A DNA stretch of 38,155 bases from a virus (IMGVR_UViG_3300042334_000410:1-38155), one strand, 5' to 3'. Numbered from the stretch's first letter, positions 1-8,206 are shown. Translations and numbers: made by a program. The notes: generated by a model not told the origin, from the letters alone.

Positions 1-148
1 TTCAAGTGACAGCCTAGTAGTGGATTTATACAATAAACTTATAACGTTAAACGGCGCGCCTGCTCGTAATTTACTTATATCAGGCGATTGGTTTTGGGCG
101 CAACCCGGAAATAACAATTTTTATTTGACTGGAACTGGTACTCTAAGT
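1..148. repeat. Terminal direct repeat, left copy (circular assembly overlap)
   Basis: 1-148 is identical to 38008-38155 except G127 vs A38134. Confidence 0.97.
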
Positions 149-193
149 GGCACTACACAGGCAGTTGTCACTTGGAACTCGGCGTATATTTAG
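1..193 (+). CDS. Distal tail (Dit)-like protein, C-terminal part (continues from 37343 across the circular join)
   Basis: Open frame ...SSDSLVVDLYNKLITLNGAPARNLLISGDWFWAQPGNNNFYLTGTGTLSGTTQAVVTWNSAYI, TAG at 191-193; same frame as the ORF starting at 37343. Confidence 0.8.
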   Translation, partial: SSDSLVVDLYNKLITLNGAPARNLLISGDWFWAQPGNNNFYLTGTGTLSGTTQAVVTWNSAYI

Positions 194-201
194 GAGAATA
201 A

Positions 202-1242
202 ATGACATTACGCACACCGCCAAGTTGGTTACAAAACGGCTCTCACCCTGCCGAAAATGACCGATTAAGCACACAAGCACTTTACGCCACAACAGGCATT
301 ATTGGTACATCTTCTTTAGCGGTAACGCAAAATTCTCCTGCTGGTATGTCTGTCGTAGTTGCTAGTGGTTGGGCTGCCATTGTTGGAACTACGCAAGCAA
401 ATATGGGAACGTATGTTGCTTATAATGACGCCGCAAATGTATTAACTGTAACTACCGCAAACCCAACCAATCCACGAATTGATATTGTTGTTGTTACGGT
501 GCAAGACGCTTACTATACTGGCGCATTTAATAACGTAATTTTCCAAGTTATTGCTGGAACTCCTGCTGGTTCTCCTGTTGCGCCAGCAACGCCAGCAAAC
601 TCAATCAAACTGGCAAATATTGCGGTAGGCGCAGGCGTAACTTCTATTCTTACTGCCAACATTACAGACACTCGCGTTGCCGTAACTACAAATTTACCTA
701 CTGGCGATATTACCGAAGTTCAAGGCGGTACTGGAATCACAGTAACTAGCGGAACTGGACCAATTCCTTCCGTAGCAATTAACTCAACTGTTGCAACTTT
801 AACTGGAACGCAAACACTTACTAATAAAACTCTAACTGCGGCAATTGAAAATAATCCTATAATAAAATCGCCAGAGGAACGCTATACGGTATCTGCTACG
901 GCGGCTACAGGCACTATTGCTTTTGATACCCAAACTCAAGGTGTGCTTTATTACACATCAAACGCAAGCGGCAATTTCACTCTTAATTTTACAAACGTGA
1001 ACGCCAATCTTGCGGTTGGTGACTCTATTTCCTGCGTATTTTTGAATACAAATGGCGCAACAGCATATTACGCAACCGCTTTTCAAATTGACAGTTCAGC
1101 CGTAACTCCTAAATGGGTTGGTGGCATAGCGCCTTCTAGCGGAAACGCCAGTTCAATAGATTCTTATTCATTTACAATTATCAAAACAGCCGCAACTCCA
1201 ACCTATACCGTCCTTGCAGGCGGCAATACTAAGTTCGCATAA
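202..1242 (+). CDS. Minor tail / tail fibre protein
   Basis: AGGAG RBS; follows Dit; N-terminal 'NPTNPRIDIVV' motif typical of actinophage minor tail proteins; Thr-rich shaft; C-terminal domain paralogous to 22826-24088. Confidence 0.75.
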   Translation: MTLRTPPSWLQNGSHPAENDRLSTQALYATTGIIGTSSLAVTQNSPAGMSVVVASGWAAIVGTTQANMGTYVAYNDAANVLTVTTANPTNPRIDIVVVTVQDAYYTGAFNNVIFQVIAGTPAGSPVAPATPANSIKLANIAVGAGVTSILTANITDTRVAVTTNLPTGDITEVQGGTGITVTSGTGPIPSVAINSTVATLTGTQTLTNKTLTAAIENNPIIKSPEERYTVSATAATGTIAFDTQTQGVLYYTSNASGNFTLNFTNVNANLAVGDSISCVFLNTNGATAYYATAFQIDSSAVTPKWVGGIAPSSGNASSIDSYSFTIIKTAATPTYTVLAGGNTKFA

Positions 1243-1251
1243 GGGGAGAAT

Positions 1252-2007
1252 ATGAGTCCATTACTGACAGGGTTTCCATTTGCCGCAGGTGGAGCAACTT
1301 TAGCAACCGTTACTGCAACTACAGGTTCTCCTACAATTGATACAACCTCACGCCCCGGAAAAACAATTTACAAGTACACAGGTTCAGGAACAATTACTAT
1401 TGGCGTTGGCGGTTTTGCCGAAGTTTTAATTATTGGCGGTGGCGGTTGTAATGGAGCAGGTGGTTATGTGTATAGAAGTAGCATTTATTTGGCTGCTGGA
1501 AGTCAAGGAGTCACAATTGGCGCAGGAGTCGCAAGTTCAGGAAGCGTAGTTACGGCTGGTGAAAATACGCAACTCGGTGATTATTTTGCTTTTGGTGGTA
1601 GTTCATTTGGATTTTTTGGACCAGGCGGATTTATAAGTAGGTCAGGCGGTTCATCAGGCGGTAATAATAGTGCAACCACGCCAGTTGCTCCTGCTTTATT
1701 TAATGGATTGCAAGGTAACATTGGTGCAGTAGGAGTAAGCGGAATGATGGGACCATCTTCAACAGGTGGTGGCGGTGGAGCAGGTGGCGTTGGTAGTGCT
1801 GCTCCAACTTTACAAACTGGTGGAAATGGTGGCGCAGGTTCAGCAAATTCAATAACTGGTTCATCAGTAACTTATGCAGCAGGCGGTGGCGGTTCAGGAA
1901 CAGTAACAAACGGCACACCGACTGGTAACGGTGCAGCAAATACTGGTAACGGCGCAGGTGCAGGTGGCACAGGCGGTTCAGGTTTCGTAGTCGTAGTGAT
2001 TGGATAA
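1252..2007 (+). CDS. Glycine-rich virion protein (putative fibre tip/adhesin)
   Basis: GGGGAG RBS; poly-Gly runs (GGGGGAGG, YAAGGGGSG, GGTGGSGFVVV); directly after a fibre gene. Confidence 0.7.
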   Translation: MSPLLTGFPFAAGGATLATVTATTGSPTIDTTSRPGKTIYKYTGSGTITIGVGGFAEVLIIGGGGCNGAGGYVYRSSIYLAAGSQGVTIGAGVASSGSVVTAGENTQLGDYFAFGGSSFGFFGPGGFISRSGGSSGGNNSATTPVAPALFNGLQGNIGAVGVSGMMGPSSTGGGGGAGGVGSAAPTLQTGGNGGAGSANSITGSSVTYAAGGGGSGTVTNGTPTGNGAANTGNGAGAGGTGGSGFVVVVIG

Positions 2008-2012
2008 AGAAA

Positions 2013-2267
2013 ATGGCACATTTTGCAAGAATAGAAAACGGAATTGTCAAGCAAGTTATAGTTATAGCAAATCAAGTAATTCTTGATGAGGACGGACAAG
2101 AGCAAGAGTCAATTGGTGCTGCTTTCTGCCACGATACGTTTGGTGGGGAATGGGTGCAGACTTCTTACAATGCTAGATTTAGAGGCAAATTTGCACAACG
2201 AGATGATGTTTGGAATGGGCAAGAATTTGAATGGCCGCCTATAACATCAACAGAGGAAGTTGTGTGA
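2013..2267 (+). CDS. Small tail-fibre-associated protein
   Basis: MAHFARIENGIV...WVQTSYN motif, which I recognise as usually following Gly-rich fibre genes in aquatic phages. Confidence 0.65.
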   Translation: MAHFARIENGIVKQVIVIANQVILDEDGQEQESIGAAFCHDTFGGEWVQTSYNARFRGKFAQRDDVWNGQEFEWPPITSTEEVV

Positions 2268-2504
2268 GTGGCTTTTTACTATCTAAATTTTAACAAAGCA
2301 CTACCTGAAACGCCTTGGGTGGTAAGTGAAACAAATGAAAAGCGGACTCAAATGATTTCACAGAAGGCTGCAAGCGAATTAGAGATAAATGTGCCTTGTA
2401 AAACTTTTGTAGGCAAGTTTCATTATTTTCAATGTGAAGGCGTAGTTATTTGGAACGGCACTAAAGCAATAATTAACGCCGAACCAAAGAAAGGTGATGA
2501 TTAG
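2268..2504 (+). CDS. Hypothetical protein
   Basis: GTG start directly after the previous stop, GAGG upstream; exactly fills the gap. Confidence 0.65.
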   Translation: MAFYYLNFNKALPETPWVVSETNEKRTQMISQKAASELEINVPCKTFVGKFHYFQCEGVVIWNGTKAIINAEPKKGDD

Positions 2505-3604
2505 TGACAACCACCTATCGGTATTTATTTGCTGACCTTTTAACTAACGAAATTGTTGCCGAACTGCCAATTACAGGCGTTTCTTTTACGCAACAGTTAA
2601 ATCAGGCTGGCGCTTTTAGTGCACATCTTTTGTTGTCAGGTGTTAATACATACGGCTATAACGTGGACGCCTCAACGCAACCAACACGTAACGCAATATA
2701 TGTAGATAGAAATGGCGTTTTGGTGTGGGGTGGTGTTATTTGGTCACGTTCTTATAACAGCGCCGACCAAGTTTTATCCATTACCGCAAGAGAATTTGAA
2801 TCTTATTTTGAACACCGCCTTATTGCCACGACAGAGGCATTTGCTAACGCAGACCAGTTATTGATTGCGCGCACTCTTATAGATAACGCACAGGCTCTAC
2901 CTAATGGCGATATTGGCGTTATTACAGGCGTTGAAACATCAGGCGTGTTAATTGACCGCGTTTATTATGATTACGAATACAAAAATGTTTATTCCGCAAT
3001 TCAAGACTTATCAAAACAGGACGATGGCTTTGACTTTAATATTAAAGTGGAATATGACGGCATAACTAACGAGCCAAAGAAAACATTAGTGTTGGGTTTT
3101 CCGCGCACAGGAAATATTGATTCAGGCGTTGGGGATATAAGTACGCCAGTATTTATTTTTCCAGCAGGCAATATTGTGCAGTACGAATACCCCGAAGATG
3201 GTTCTATTGTTTCTAATAATCTTTACGTTACAGGCGCTGGCTCCAATGAAGGCAAATTGTTATCAAATGCACAGGACGCGGCTTCAATAACGGCTGGTTT
3301 TCCTTTACTAGATGTAACAGTTTCTTACTCTGACATTACAGACCAAACTGTGCTTAACGAACTTGCTTTGGCACAAGTATTGGCTCTCGCTACGCCACCG
3401 CCAATTATTAGCGTTATTGTTCCTGCGTTTGTAACGCCTGAATTTGGCACGTATCAAATTGGCGATGACGCACGACTAATTATTCAAGACGAAAGATTTC
3501 CAGAAGGCTTAGACGCCGTTTATCGGATTGTTGGGTTAAATGTATTGCCGGGCGAAGATGGCCCTGAACGTGTAACAATTACTCTAACGATTACCACAAA
3601 CTAG
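2504..3604 (+). CDS. Minor tail protein (baseplate hub / Tal-like, ReqiPepy6 Gp37-like)
   Basis: AAGGTGA RBS; 'IYVDRNGVLVWGGVIW' and C-terminal 'YQIGDDARLIIQDERFPEG...RIVG' patterns typical of siphovirus hub proteins. Confidence 0.75.
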   Translation: MTTTYRYLFADLLTNEIVAELPITGVSFTQQLNQAGAFSAHLLLSGVNTYGYNVDASTQPTRNAIYVDRNGVLVWGGVIWSRSYNSADQVLSITAREFESYFEHRLIATTEAFANADQLLIARTLIDNAQALPNGDIGVITGVETSGVLIDRVYYDYEYKNVYSAIQDLSKQDDGFDFNIKVEYDGITNEPKKTLVLGFPRTGNIDSGVGDISTPVFIFPAGNIVQYEYPEDGSIVSNNLYVTGAGSNEGKLLSNAQDAASITAGFPLLDVTVSYSDITDQTVLNELALAQVLALATPPPIISVIVPAFVTPEFGTYQIGDDARLIIQDERFPEGLDAVYRIVGLNVLPGEDGPERVTITLTITTN

Positions 3605-3613
3605 GAAACGGCT

Positions 3614-4240
3614 ATGGCATACATTAATCAACCGCCTAACTTAAAAACTATGTTTCAGGACATATACAATCGTTTAAATAAACTAGAAACCGCACAACGA
3701 TTTACGGCGCCTAACGTAGATTTTGCTACTAATACGCCAACCAATCCGCGTATAGGCGACCAATTCTATGATACTGACGCGGAATTAATGAAGTATTGGA
3801 ACGGCACTCAATGGGTAGAACTAGCGGATAACTTGTACGGCACAACTATTATTGCTTTGCCAACAACAATGCAAAGCGCAAATAATAATATGGTTTATAC
3901 AGGCAACCCAGTTGATATTGATGTGCAACGTATCGGCAAAATGATTACGGCTAACGCTTTTATTACTTTTACAAACGTTACAAACTTCGGCACAGGTCAG
4001 TATTACTTTAATATTCCAGCAGGTATTCCTAATCGCGCACACGACTTAATGGCTAGTGGTTGGGTGCAAGATGGCGGCACTTCTTATACTTGTTTTGGTA
4101 CTTTGGCGGCAACAGATAACAAAATGTATTTATGGGTACCAACCAGCAATGGCGGCTCTGACGGACTTGACCACAATACGCCTGCCGTATTAGACACGAC
4201 CAGCACAATTAATATTACTGGCGTAGCCCTGTTAGCATAG
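3614..4240 (+). CDS. Minor tail / receptor-binding protein
   Basis: N-terminal coiled coil, 'PTNPRIGDQFYDTD...KYWNGTQWV' fibre motif, C-terminal beta domain with 'FGTGQYYFNIP'. Confidence 0.65.
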   Translation: MAYINQPPNLKTMFQDIYNRLNKLETAQRFTAPNVDFATNTPTNPRIGDQFYDTDAELMKYWNGTQWVELADNLYGTTIIALPTTMQSANNNMVYTGNPVDIDVQRIGKMITANAFITFTNVTNFGTGQYYFNIPAGIPNRAHDLMASGWVQDGGTSYTCFGTLAATDNKMYLWVPTSNGGSDGLDHNTPAVLDTTSTINITGVALLA

Positions 4241-4244
4241 TCCA

Positions 4245-4469
4245 ATGACATTAGATGACGCTTCAAATATAGCCACCATATTCGGGCTATTCATTGGCTT
4301 GCCTATTGGCGGCTTTAAAATTTGGCGTAAGTTAGACCAACGTTTAACCGAACAAGATAAACAGTTAATTAGAATTAATTATCAACTGTGGGAAAACGGC
4401 GGAAACAGTATGAAAGACCAAGTAAATACATTAGTCACAGATGTAGCGGTATTAAAGGCGAACAAATAA
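4245..4469 (+). CDS. Membrane protein of lysis cassette (holin-like)
   Basis: One N-terminal TM helix followed by a coiled coil and 'NGGNSMKDQV'; immediately upstream of the endolysin. Confidence 0.65.
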   Translation: MTLDDASNIATIFGLFIGLPIGGFKIWRKLDQRLTEQDKQLIRINYQLWENGGNSMKDQVNTLVTDVAVLKANK

Positions 4470-4936
4470 TGGATACAAATAAGTTAATGGAATTGTGCAA
4501 TAACGCGGTTGGCTATACAGAAGGCACAAATAATGACACTATTTATGGCAAATGGTTTGGGCTTAACAACCAACCTTGGTGTGCTATGAGTGCCAGTAAG
4601 ATGTATTTTGATTTAGGCGCCATTAAATCAGTCGCTAACACTAAAAAAGGCTTTGCTAGTTGTGACGCGTGGCTTAAATATTTGACTAAGAATAATCAAA
4701 TAGTGCCAATCGGTCAGGCAAAACAAGGCGATTTAGTGTTCTTCCAGTTTGATGATGACGCGGCGCCTGACCACGTGGGTATTGTTAGGTCGCACAATAA
4801 AACTCTAAAGACTTTGCAAGTATATGAAGGCAACACAAGTTCGGGTAAAAGTGGCAGCCAATCAAACGGCGATGGCTTTTACTTGAAAAAGCGCAACTAC
4901 TCAATAATTATGGCAGTTGCACGTCCAAAGGAGTAA
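4469..4936 (+). CDS. Endolysin, CHAP-domain amidase/endopeptidase
   Basis: PWCA (catalytic Cys), GDLVFF, DHVGIV (His) and EGNT motifs; start reassigned to ATG 4469 (TAATG overlap). Confidence 0.9.
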   Translation: MDTNKLMELCNNAVGYTEGTNNDTIYGKWFGLNNQPWCAMSASKMYFDLGAIKSVANTKKGFASCDAWLKYLTKNNQIVPIGQAKQGDLVFFQFDDDAAPDHVGIVRSHNKTLKTLQVYEGNTSSGKSGSQSNGDGFYLKKRNYSIIMAVARPKE

Positions 4937-4938
4937 AT

Positions 4939-5166
4939 ATGAATACAACAATAAATAAAGCAATGTTAAGTAGTTATGTACGCAACGTAATTGGCGCACT
5001 TCTTGGCGCTGTTATAACCGTCGTAACTCTTAAAGATTACGCCACTCCACTTGATTTAAAAGATGAAGATTGGCAGGCAGTTGCGCACGTACTGTGGGCT
5101 GGCGCTGTTCCAACTCTAATGCGTTTTTTTAACGCAAAAGATTCTGCGTTTGGCAAAAAAGCATAG
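4939..5166 (+). CDS. Holin
   Basis: AAGGAG RBS; two hydrophobic segments; 'SYVRN' and basic C-terminal 'NAKDSAFGKK'; follows the endolysin. Confidence 0.75.
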   Translation: MNTTINKAMLSSYVRNVIGALLGAVITVVTLKDYATPLDLKDEDWQAVAHVLWAGAVPTLMRFFNAKDSAFGKKA

Positions 5167-5191
5167 TAATACGCCACAACTAAATAATGTT

Positions 5192-5236
5192 GCCTAGCGG
5201 TTGCGAAAGGGGAAGTCGCGCCGCTAGGCTTCTTTT
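5192..5236 (+). terminator. Putative intrinsic terminator at end of late/lysis operon
   Basis: GCCTAGCGG/CCGCTAGGC stem plus inner TGCGA/TCGCG stem, followed by TTCTTTT. Confidence 0.7.
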
Positions 5237-5623
5237 ATGTCCATATTAAGCCGCTTCCACGCCAAATACGCCGTTAGTGCCGATGGTTGCTGGATATGGA
5301 CAGCCTCTAAATTAAAAAGCGGCTACGGCATATTTACTGACACGAATAGGCGTTCCATATCGGCGCACAAGTGGTCTTATCTACACTTTAACGGCGCAAT
5401 ACCTGATGGCTTTGTTATTGACCACATCTGCCGCCAAACAAGTTGCGTTAATCCAGCACATTTGCAAGCCATAACTCAATCTGAAAACGTTAAGCGGAGT
5501 TTGGCAATACAGGCACGTGGCGCTCGCACACATTGTGCCAATGGTCACGAATACACGCCAGCAAACACCGCCAAAGTGGCTGGTCGGCGTGGTCGCATTT
5601 GTTTGGCTTGCAGGCGCAAATAG
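5237..5623 (+). CDS. HNH endonuclease with C-terminal Zn finger
   Basis: 'CWIWT...GYG...AHKWSY...IDHICRQTSCVNPAHL...SEN' and 'THCANGHEYTPANT...CLACR'. Confidence 0.9.
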   Translation: MSILSRFHAKYAVSADGCWIWTASKLKSGYGIFTDTNRRSISAHKWSYLHFNGAIPDGFVIDHICRQTSCVNPAHLQAITQSENVKRSLAIQARGARTHCANGHEYTPANTAKVAGRRGRICLACRRK

Positions 5624-6303
5624 CACGAAACTGTGCGCAGTTGTTCCGCCGATTCGCCGCCGCAATGCAAACCTAAACACCGCCACTATTTAATTGGCTT
5701 AGTGCTTTTTATTGCCATCTCTGTCACGCTCTAAATAACGCGTTAATAACCACGTCGGCTTTATCTGATAGGCTGTCCTCATAACTAAATAGACTTCCAG
5801 AAAAACTCGTCCACGCGTACGCGTACAAGTTGAGTAAGTTACGTCACCGTAAATTGATAAATAAATAAGTACCAAAATTAGAGTAACCAAACCGCCCTGC
5901 AATTAATCCTTCGGGACAGTACGCGCGTCTGACCAAATAATTTTGGCATTTAATTCATAGAGAAGGCAAGAATTTGTGGCGCAGTTGTCAGTAGCGCGCC
6001 GCAATTCAATATGTAGCCAGCAAAACTACCAAAGTCCAAACCAGCCAGCACAACGTTACGCAGTACCAGTTAATGGCAGTTGTAACGAATTAGGCAATAG
6101 TTTGGTAATCGCCACGTGACCGAATCGGCGGCGATGTAACACTTTTGGCAAGTTTGTGACCCGCCGTAAAGTTGTAACGGATATCGGACGCGATGACGCA
6201 GAAATGCAGAGCGTGTGACACCGATAGGAAAGTTATTTGATAGCGGCGAAGGACCCAATGGCGAACCAGCCTTAGAACAAACTGACTATGGACAGCAATA
6301 ACT

Positions 6304-6376
6304 TCCGAAATCGCGCCGTCACTAAAAGGCGGCGCGATATAACTATTTGGCGAATAGTTACTGATGAGGACAGCCA
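6304..6376 (+). ncRNA. Hammerhead ribozyme, type II (HH1)
   Basis: UCC-GAAA(6307-10); stem III 6310-20/6328-38; cleavage triplet AUA 6337-39; stem I 6340-47/6353-60; core CUGAUGA 6361-67; stem II GGA 6368-70; loop I UGGC can pair with GCCA 6373-76. Confidence 0.9.
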
Positions 6377-6403
6377 ATCAACTACAAACAAAGGACAGGC
6401 AAA

Positions 6404-6667
6404 ATGGCAATGAGCAAAAAAGACTTCAATCTAATGGCAATTCAATTTGGACAGCAGATGAAGCACATCAACGCAATGGACTATCACCAGCCAATTCGTG
6501 AGATAGCAATGGCAACATTACTTGATTCAATCAAGGCATATTGTTATGTAGCATTTACAGCAAACGGCAATTTTGATTCATCACGTTTTTATGATTTTGT
6601 TGATGAAATCGCAGATGGTCGCCGTGATTCAAGTGGCAAGTTAGTTAAGAAAAGTAAGGCGGCTTAA
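6404..6667 (+). CDS. Hypothetical early protein
   Basis: AAGGACAG RBS motif; 'MSKKDFNLMA...NGNFDSSRF' is a pattern seen in small phage early proteins. Confidence 0.8.
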   Translation: MAMSKKDFNLMAIQFGQQMKHINAMDYHQPIREIAMATLLDSIKAYCYVAFTANGNFDSSRFYDFVDEIADGRRDSSGKLVKKSKAA

Positions 6668-6669
6668 CA

Positions 6670-6810
6670 ATGTATAACGCAGAAGATTTTGACGGCGATT
6701 ATGAAATGGCAATACAAGTAAGCCGCGTAGTAGCGGACAGAACCAAAGGCGAATCAGATTGTTACTGTTCTAATAACACAGTATGCCGTCCGTGTAGCCG
6801 TAATTACTAA
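6670..6810 (+). CDS. Small Cys-rich hypothetical protein (46 aa, not in ORF track)
   Basis: MYNAEDFDGDYEMAIQVSRVVADRTKGESDCYCSNNTVCRPCSRNY; fills the gap; CxC...CxxC. Confidence 0.65.
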   Translation: MYNAEDFDGDYEMAIQVSRVVADRTKGESDCYCSNNTVCRPCSRNY

Positions 6811-6839
6811 ACCAACCAACTAGAAAAGGACAGAAACAA

Positions 6840-7256
6840 ATGGCACTAAATTGGAATATAACAAAATGCAACAATATGGAAGCACTTCAATCAGACACAG
6901 AATGGCCTGTAACTAATGCCGTTATTTGGTCCACTTTGGCTGTAGAGATTGGCGACCTCACAGAAAAAACTGTTAATGAGTTCTACGCAAGAGTTAAATT
7001 GTGGGAAACTGTTAATGGCGCACTTACATATACAAAAGATGGCGCAGATTATTTCATTACGTTAGAAGATTTACGCAAACGTATTGGACTATCAACCAAT
7101 GTAAGCAACTTGCCACGTAACAAATGGCTAAAGCGCATTGAAAGAATCATCGCCGAAAATCAATGGAAAACAACACCGCAATTATCACTCAATGAAATCA
7201 ATGCAATTATCTTCCAAGCACACGTAGAGGCAGAAAAGGAGACAGCAAATGCCTAA
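6840..7256 (+). CDS. Hypothetical early protein
   Basis: AAGGACAG RBS motif; 138-aa ORF. Confidence 0.8.
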   Translation: MALNWNITKCNNMEALQSDTEWPVTNAVIWSTLAVEIGDLTEKTVNEFYARVKLWETVNGALTYTKDGADYFITLEDLRKRIGLSTNVSNLPRNKWLKRIERIIAENQWKTTPQLSLNEINAIIFQAHVEAEKETANA

Positions 7257-7455
7257 GTATCCAAATATCACAGTAACAATGGACTTAGATGGTCCAGATG
7301 GCAACGCGTTCGCAATTATGGGCGCAGTTCAAAAAGCACTACGTAACGCTGGCGCTACTAAAGAAGAACTGGCGCAATACTCAATGGATTCAATGAGTGG
7401 CGATTATGATAACTTAATCGCGGCTCAATCTAAGTGGGTGGCTTTCAATGTCTGA
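7249..7455 (+). CDS. Conserved phage hypothetical protein
   Basis: AAGGAGACAG RBS; 'LDGPDGNAFAIMG...SGDYDNL' is a recurring small phage protein motif. Confidence 0.8.
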   Translation: MPKYPNITVTMDLDGPDGNAFAIMGAVQKALRNAGATKEELAQYSMDSMSGDYDNLIAAQSKWVAFNV

Positions 7456-7588
7456 CACCAAACCAGCACGTAGCGGCACAATTAAGTGTGGTATGTGTGG
7501 CAAATCTGTTGTAATCGGGAAGTGGATAAAGTTGGCTTTTTGTCCTGATTCCAAATGCACTAATAGTGAAGAACGTTATTTGGACTAA
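7448..7588 (+). CDS. Small Zn-ribbon protein (46 aa, not in ORF track)
   Basis: MSDTKPARSGTIKCGMCGKSVVIGKWIKLAFCPDSKCTNSEERYLD; CxxC...CxxxxC; overlaps the upstream stop. Confidence 0.65.
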   Translation: MSDTKPARSGTIKCGMCGKSVVIGKWIKLAFCPDSKCTNSEERYLD

Positions 7589-7677
7589 GCCGAAACGTGC
7601 CAAATGTGTGCAATTGTTTAAGCAACGCACATATTTGGCACGTCTAGTGGTAAATGCCACTACTGACGAGGCTCGTC
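7583..7677 (+). ncRNA. Hammerhead ribozyme, type II (HH2)
   Basis: AGCC-GAAA(7592-95); 17-bp stem III 7595-7611/7627-43; GUC 7642-44; stem I UAGUGG 7645-50/CCACUA 7657-62; core CUGACGA 7663-69; stem II GGCU 7670-73, extendable by GAC 7583-85/GUC 7675-77. Confidence 0.92.
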
Positions 7678-7704
7678 AATGTAAACCAAACAAAGGACAG
7701 AAAA

Positions 7705-8205
7705 ATGACAGAAGCAACAACAACCGAATCAACACCAACAATGCAAGCAACTATGGAACGATTTGTAATGGATAACGATTTGGCAACCGTTATTGAAAGG
7801 CTGGTCAAGCAAGAAGAACGTTTTATTGAACTGGCGCAAGCAAAAGATTCAATCTATACACGCCTTCAAGATGAACGCGCCACAAGCCGTATCAATCGTG
7901 ACACAGTTCGCAACAAGTTCCGTGAAATGTTAGATGGCGATAAAAACGCCACTATTGAAATGGACTTGAGCGACATTAATGAATTACTAGAAGATATTGG
8001 CGCAAGCAGAATTATCTTTACTTATTCTGTTGATGTAACAGTTACAGCCACAATTACCGGAATTGAGGCAGATAGTGAGGAAGATGCACGTGAAAAGGCA
8101 ATTCAAGCACTAGAACTCCGCGTAGATACAGATTCACTTGGCGAGGACGCCAATTGTGAAGATGAAGAATATGACGCCGACAATGCACAGGAAGAGGACA
8201 ACTAA
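7705..8205 (+). CDS. Hypothetical acidic protein
   Basis: Start reassigned to ATG 7705 behind AAAGGACAG; 'IEADSEEDAREKA' motif. Confidence 0.8.
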   Translation: MTEATTTESTPTMQATMERFVMDNDLATVIERLVKQEERFIELAQAKDSIYTRLQDERATSRINRDTVRNKFREMLDGDKNATIEMDLSDINELLEDIGASRIIFTYSVDVTVTATITGIEADSEEDAREKAIQALELRVDTDSLGEDANCEDEEYDADNAQEEDN

Positions 8206-8206
8206 T

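Noticed and set aside
850-1242. Duplicated fibre C-terminus as a DGR template/variable repeat pair
   Set aside because: No reverse transcriptase gene; both copies are coding and the differences are not adenine-specific
5626-5660. CGAAAC-TGTGCGCAG-TT resembling a hammerhead stem III
   Set aside because: No stem I and no CUGANGA core nearby
5976-6119. 47-codon GTG ORF behind AGAAGGCA
   Set aside because: No recognisable motif and it overlaps repeated regulatory-looking motifs; cannot be supported as a gene
7566-7775. 69-aa + ORF and the GTG-extended start (7654) of the next gene
   Set aside because: They run through HH2; the RBS-supported start is 7705 and the upstream gap is explained by the 7448-7588 ORF
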